A DNA stretch of 64,000 nt, taken from Camelus dromedarius. Taxonomy: Eukaryota. The notes beneath the pieces are model-generated. The model saw only the letters and a list, made by a program, of their open reading frames with translations. It searched no databases and was not told the DNA's origin. The stretch covers positions 114,764,001 through 114,828,000 of the forward strand of contig NC_087436.1 of assembly GCF_036321535.1 (NCBI RefSeq), in the 5' to 3' direction. How positions within the stretch are numbered: position 1 is the first letter of the stretch; each line of letters begins with the position of its first letter. The position numbers and the translations under genes are program-made. Positions 61,985 through 64,000 of this stretch are shown here, one piece after another.

Positions 61985-62494
61985 AGGTCGGCAGCTTCTA
62001 GAATGGCTTCCAACGATCCTAGATTCCTTACATTCAGACTGTTGTGTAATCCCCACACCTTAAAGGTGGGCTGGCCCTGGCCACTCGCTTCTAATGGATA
62101 GAACATAGTAGAAGTAGTGATAAGATGGCACTTCCAAGATCAGTCTACAAAGAGACTGTATGTAGCTTTCATCTTGGGTCCTGCTATCTGGCTCTTCCTC
62201 TGGGGGATGTGAGCCGTGTGTTGAGAATAGACCCATGTGGCAAAGAACTGATGTCTTAGGGGACCATGTGAATGAGTTTGGGAGCAGATCCTCCCTGTAT
62301 CCCCACACCACTCCCATTCCCATCTTGAGGCAAAATGACTGCCCTGGCCAACACCTGTGAGACCCTGAGCCAGGGGACCCAGCTAAGCTGTGCCCAGATT
62401 CTAGATCAATAGAAATTATGAGATGGTAAATGTTACTGTATTGAGCTTTTAAATTCTATCTTAACTTGTTATGCAGCAGTGGATGACTAATACA
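61985..62494 (+). mobile_element. MLT1F-like MaLR solo LTR
   Basis: cccatgtggcaaagaactga; tgagaccctgagccaggggacccagctaagctgtgcccagattc; ends gactaataca. Confidence 0.8.
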
Positions 62495-62752
62495 AGGAGG
62501 GAGCAAGGAATGCCTGTAGTTTGGTTCACTTGAATCCTGAGACGTGGACCACTTTCCTGCGCAGGCACCTCTGCAAGAGAGAGACAGCATCTGGGGAAGT
62601 ACTAGAGGTCTTAGTAAGGGCATCACACCCGACCCGTTTGTCAGGCCCCGGAAACAGTCAGCTAGAAGGGAGAATGGAGCTGAGTCCTAGGAGACTGGGA
62701 GATGCGATTCTGATGGAGTTGAAGTTGTCACGTACAGGAGAGCTGCTGATCA

Positions 62753-63176
62753 TGCCTTAGTCAGCTCGGGCTGCTGTAACAAAATACCGTAGACTGATGG
62801 CTTAGACAGCAACCATTTATTTCTCACAGTTCTGGAGGCTGGGACGTCCAAGGTCATGGTGCTGGCTGATTCAGTTTTTGATGAGAGCCCCTTTCCTGGC
62901 TTTCCAGTGTCCACCTTCATGTGGTGTCCTCACATGGCCACAGTGGAGAGACAGAGAGCTGGGGGGTGGGGGGGGGGGAGAGAGAGAGAGTGCTCCAAGC
63001 TCTCTGGTGTCTTGTCTTATATAGGTATTCATACCATCTCGAGGACCCCATCCTCAAGACTGCATCTAATCCTGATTACTTCTTAAAAGTCCTTGCCTCC
63101 AAATACCATGACACTGTGAGTTAGGGCTTCAACAGAAGGATTTGGGGGGAGACACACATAATTTCAGTTGATAACA
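62753..63176 (-). mobile_element. MLT1A0-type MaLR solo LTR
   Basis: tgccttagtcagctcgggctgctgtaacaaaatacc; tttctcacagttctggaggctggga; gcctccaaatacca; ends ataaca. Confidence 0.9.
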
Positions 63177-63329
63177 GTACAGCATCAGAGATTGCAGGCA
63201 GGAGACTGGGGGTGGAGGGTGAGAAATCATGCTTCCCCTAAATATGGTGGAGACACTTGCTTTGTGTGGTTTTGGCCTCCACTTAAGAGAAAGATTGTAG
63301 TGAAGAAAGATGTGAGAGGTCCTGGAATC

Positions 63330-63570
63330 AGGCAGTAGAGTGTGGTGGTTATGAGCCCAGGCACTGGAGCCAAACTGCCTGCATCTGAACTCTGGCTCTG
63401 CCATTTGCAAGCTGTGTAGGCCAGTATGGATTACGTCATTTTACTTAATTTCTTCAGTGCCTCAGTTTGCTCTTTTATAAAATGGGACAATAATAGAGTT
63501 ATTCTGAGGATTAAACAAGTTAATATATGATAGATGCTTAGCACGCTGCCTGGCTTGTAGTTAGCTTTAA
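63330..63570 (+). mobile_element. MIR SINE
   Basis: ggcagtagagtgtggtggttatgagc...gcctcagtttgctcttttataaaatgggacaataata. Confidence 0.85.
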
Positions 63571-63599
63571 ATAGCATCATCGATGTTATTCTTCTTACC

Positions 63600-63805
63600 A
63601 TCAGACTCCCCGGGTTGAAATTCTGGCTGAGGTTGGCTGTGTGTCTATTGGCAAGTAAGTTGTCCTTTTATGCTCCCAGTTTCCTCACCTGTTAACATGC
63701 GAATAATAATACCCTGTCCCATAGGTTTGTTGTGAATGTGAAAAAATAATGCATATGATGTGTGTAGCACCTAGTGAGCCCTCAGTGGAGATCATCTGTT
63801 ATTGT
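63600..63805 (+). mobile_element. MIR SINE
   Basis: ggctgtgtgtctattggcaagt...cagtttcctcacctgtta...aataataatacc. Confidence 0.75.
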
Positions 63806-64000
63806 CTTTCCTCCTTGCTCTGTAAAAGAATTTAGCTCATTGTCCCAACTTGGAGAGTCAATAGGGAATTTGAATTTGCTTTACAGAGATTTACTCTAAA
63901 AGTTTTTTTGAAACACTTCTATTCTAGAAAGGGAGGTGCCCTAGGCTATTTTTTTTTTTCTATCACTATGTATTTCAGTTAAAAACAATCTTGTTGATGG

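Noticed and set aside
45925..63176. Hypothesis that the minus-strand MLT1A0 LTR at 62753-63176 is the missing 3' LTR displaced by an inversion
   Set aside because: Its own flanks (gatca / gtaca) look like a decayed solo-LTR TSD, do not match the cacag flank of the 44288 LTR, and no internal sequence adjoins it.
1..64000. CRISPR array, operon or other prokaryote-type system; host protein-coding gene
   Set aside because: The sequence is mammalian and repeat-rich. I saw no regularly spaced repeats, and no ORF outside retroelements resembles a known protein. Short exons cannot be excluded without alignment.

Overview
This is mammalian non-coding DNA, most likely camelid (alpaca, llama or camel). 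That inference rests on six tRNA-derived SINEs of the Vic-1 type (GGGGAGGGT(A/G)TAGCTCAGTGGTAGAG...GGTTCAATCCCCAG). I find no host protein-coding exon, RNA gene or CpG-island promoter, so the window reads as a long intron or gene desert. Its main elements are: (i) a young 5'-truncated LINE-1 (29658-32573, minus) with a perfect 18-bp TSD and 863 uninterrupted ORF2 codons; (ii) a decayed ERV-L provirus (about 53200-59020; gag-pro-RT-RNaseH-IN-dUTPase plus a 3' MLT2 LTR, no 5' LTR) carrying nested insertions; (iii) an MLT1A0-type LTR with MaLR internal sequence; (iv) a MER41-like ERV1 solo LTR; and (v) many old MLT1, MER21, MER20, MER58, L2, MIR and L1M fragments. Between the repeats are several repeat-free blocks dense in homeodomain, PBX-HOX, MEIS and EBF motifs that look like developmental enhancers; conservation is not tested. 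I cannot support a new biological system here. The most original leads are a SINE 3' tail that matches MLT1A0 LTR sequence (17/17 nt), CpG-enriched MIR copies suggesting GC-biased gene conversion, non-canonical residues in the young L1 ORF2, and a 24-nt TSD-flanked micro-insertion in the ERV-L RT. Repeat subfamily names come from recalled consensus sequences, and the boundaries of old repeats are approximate.
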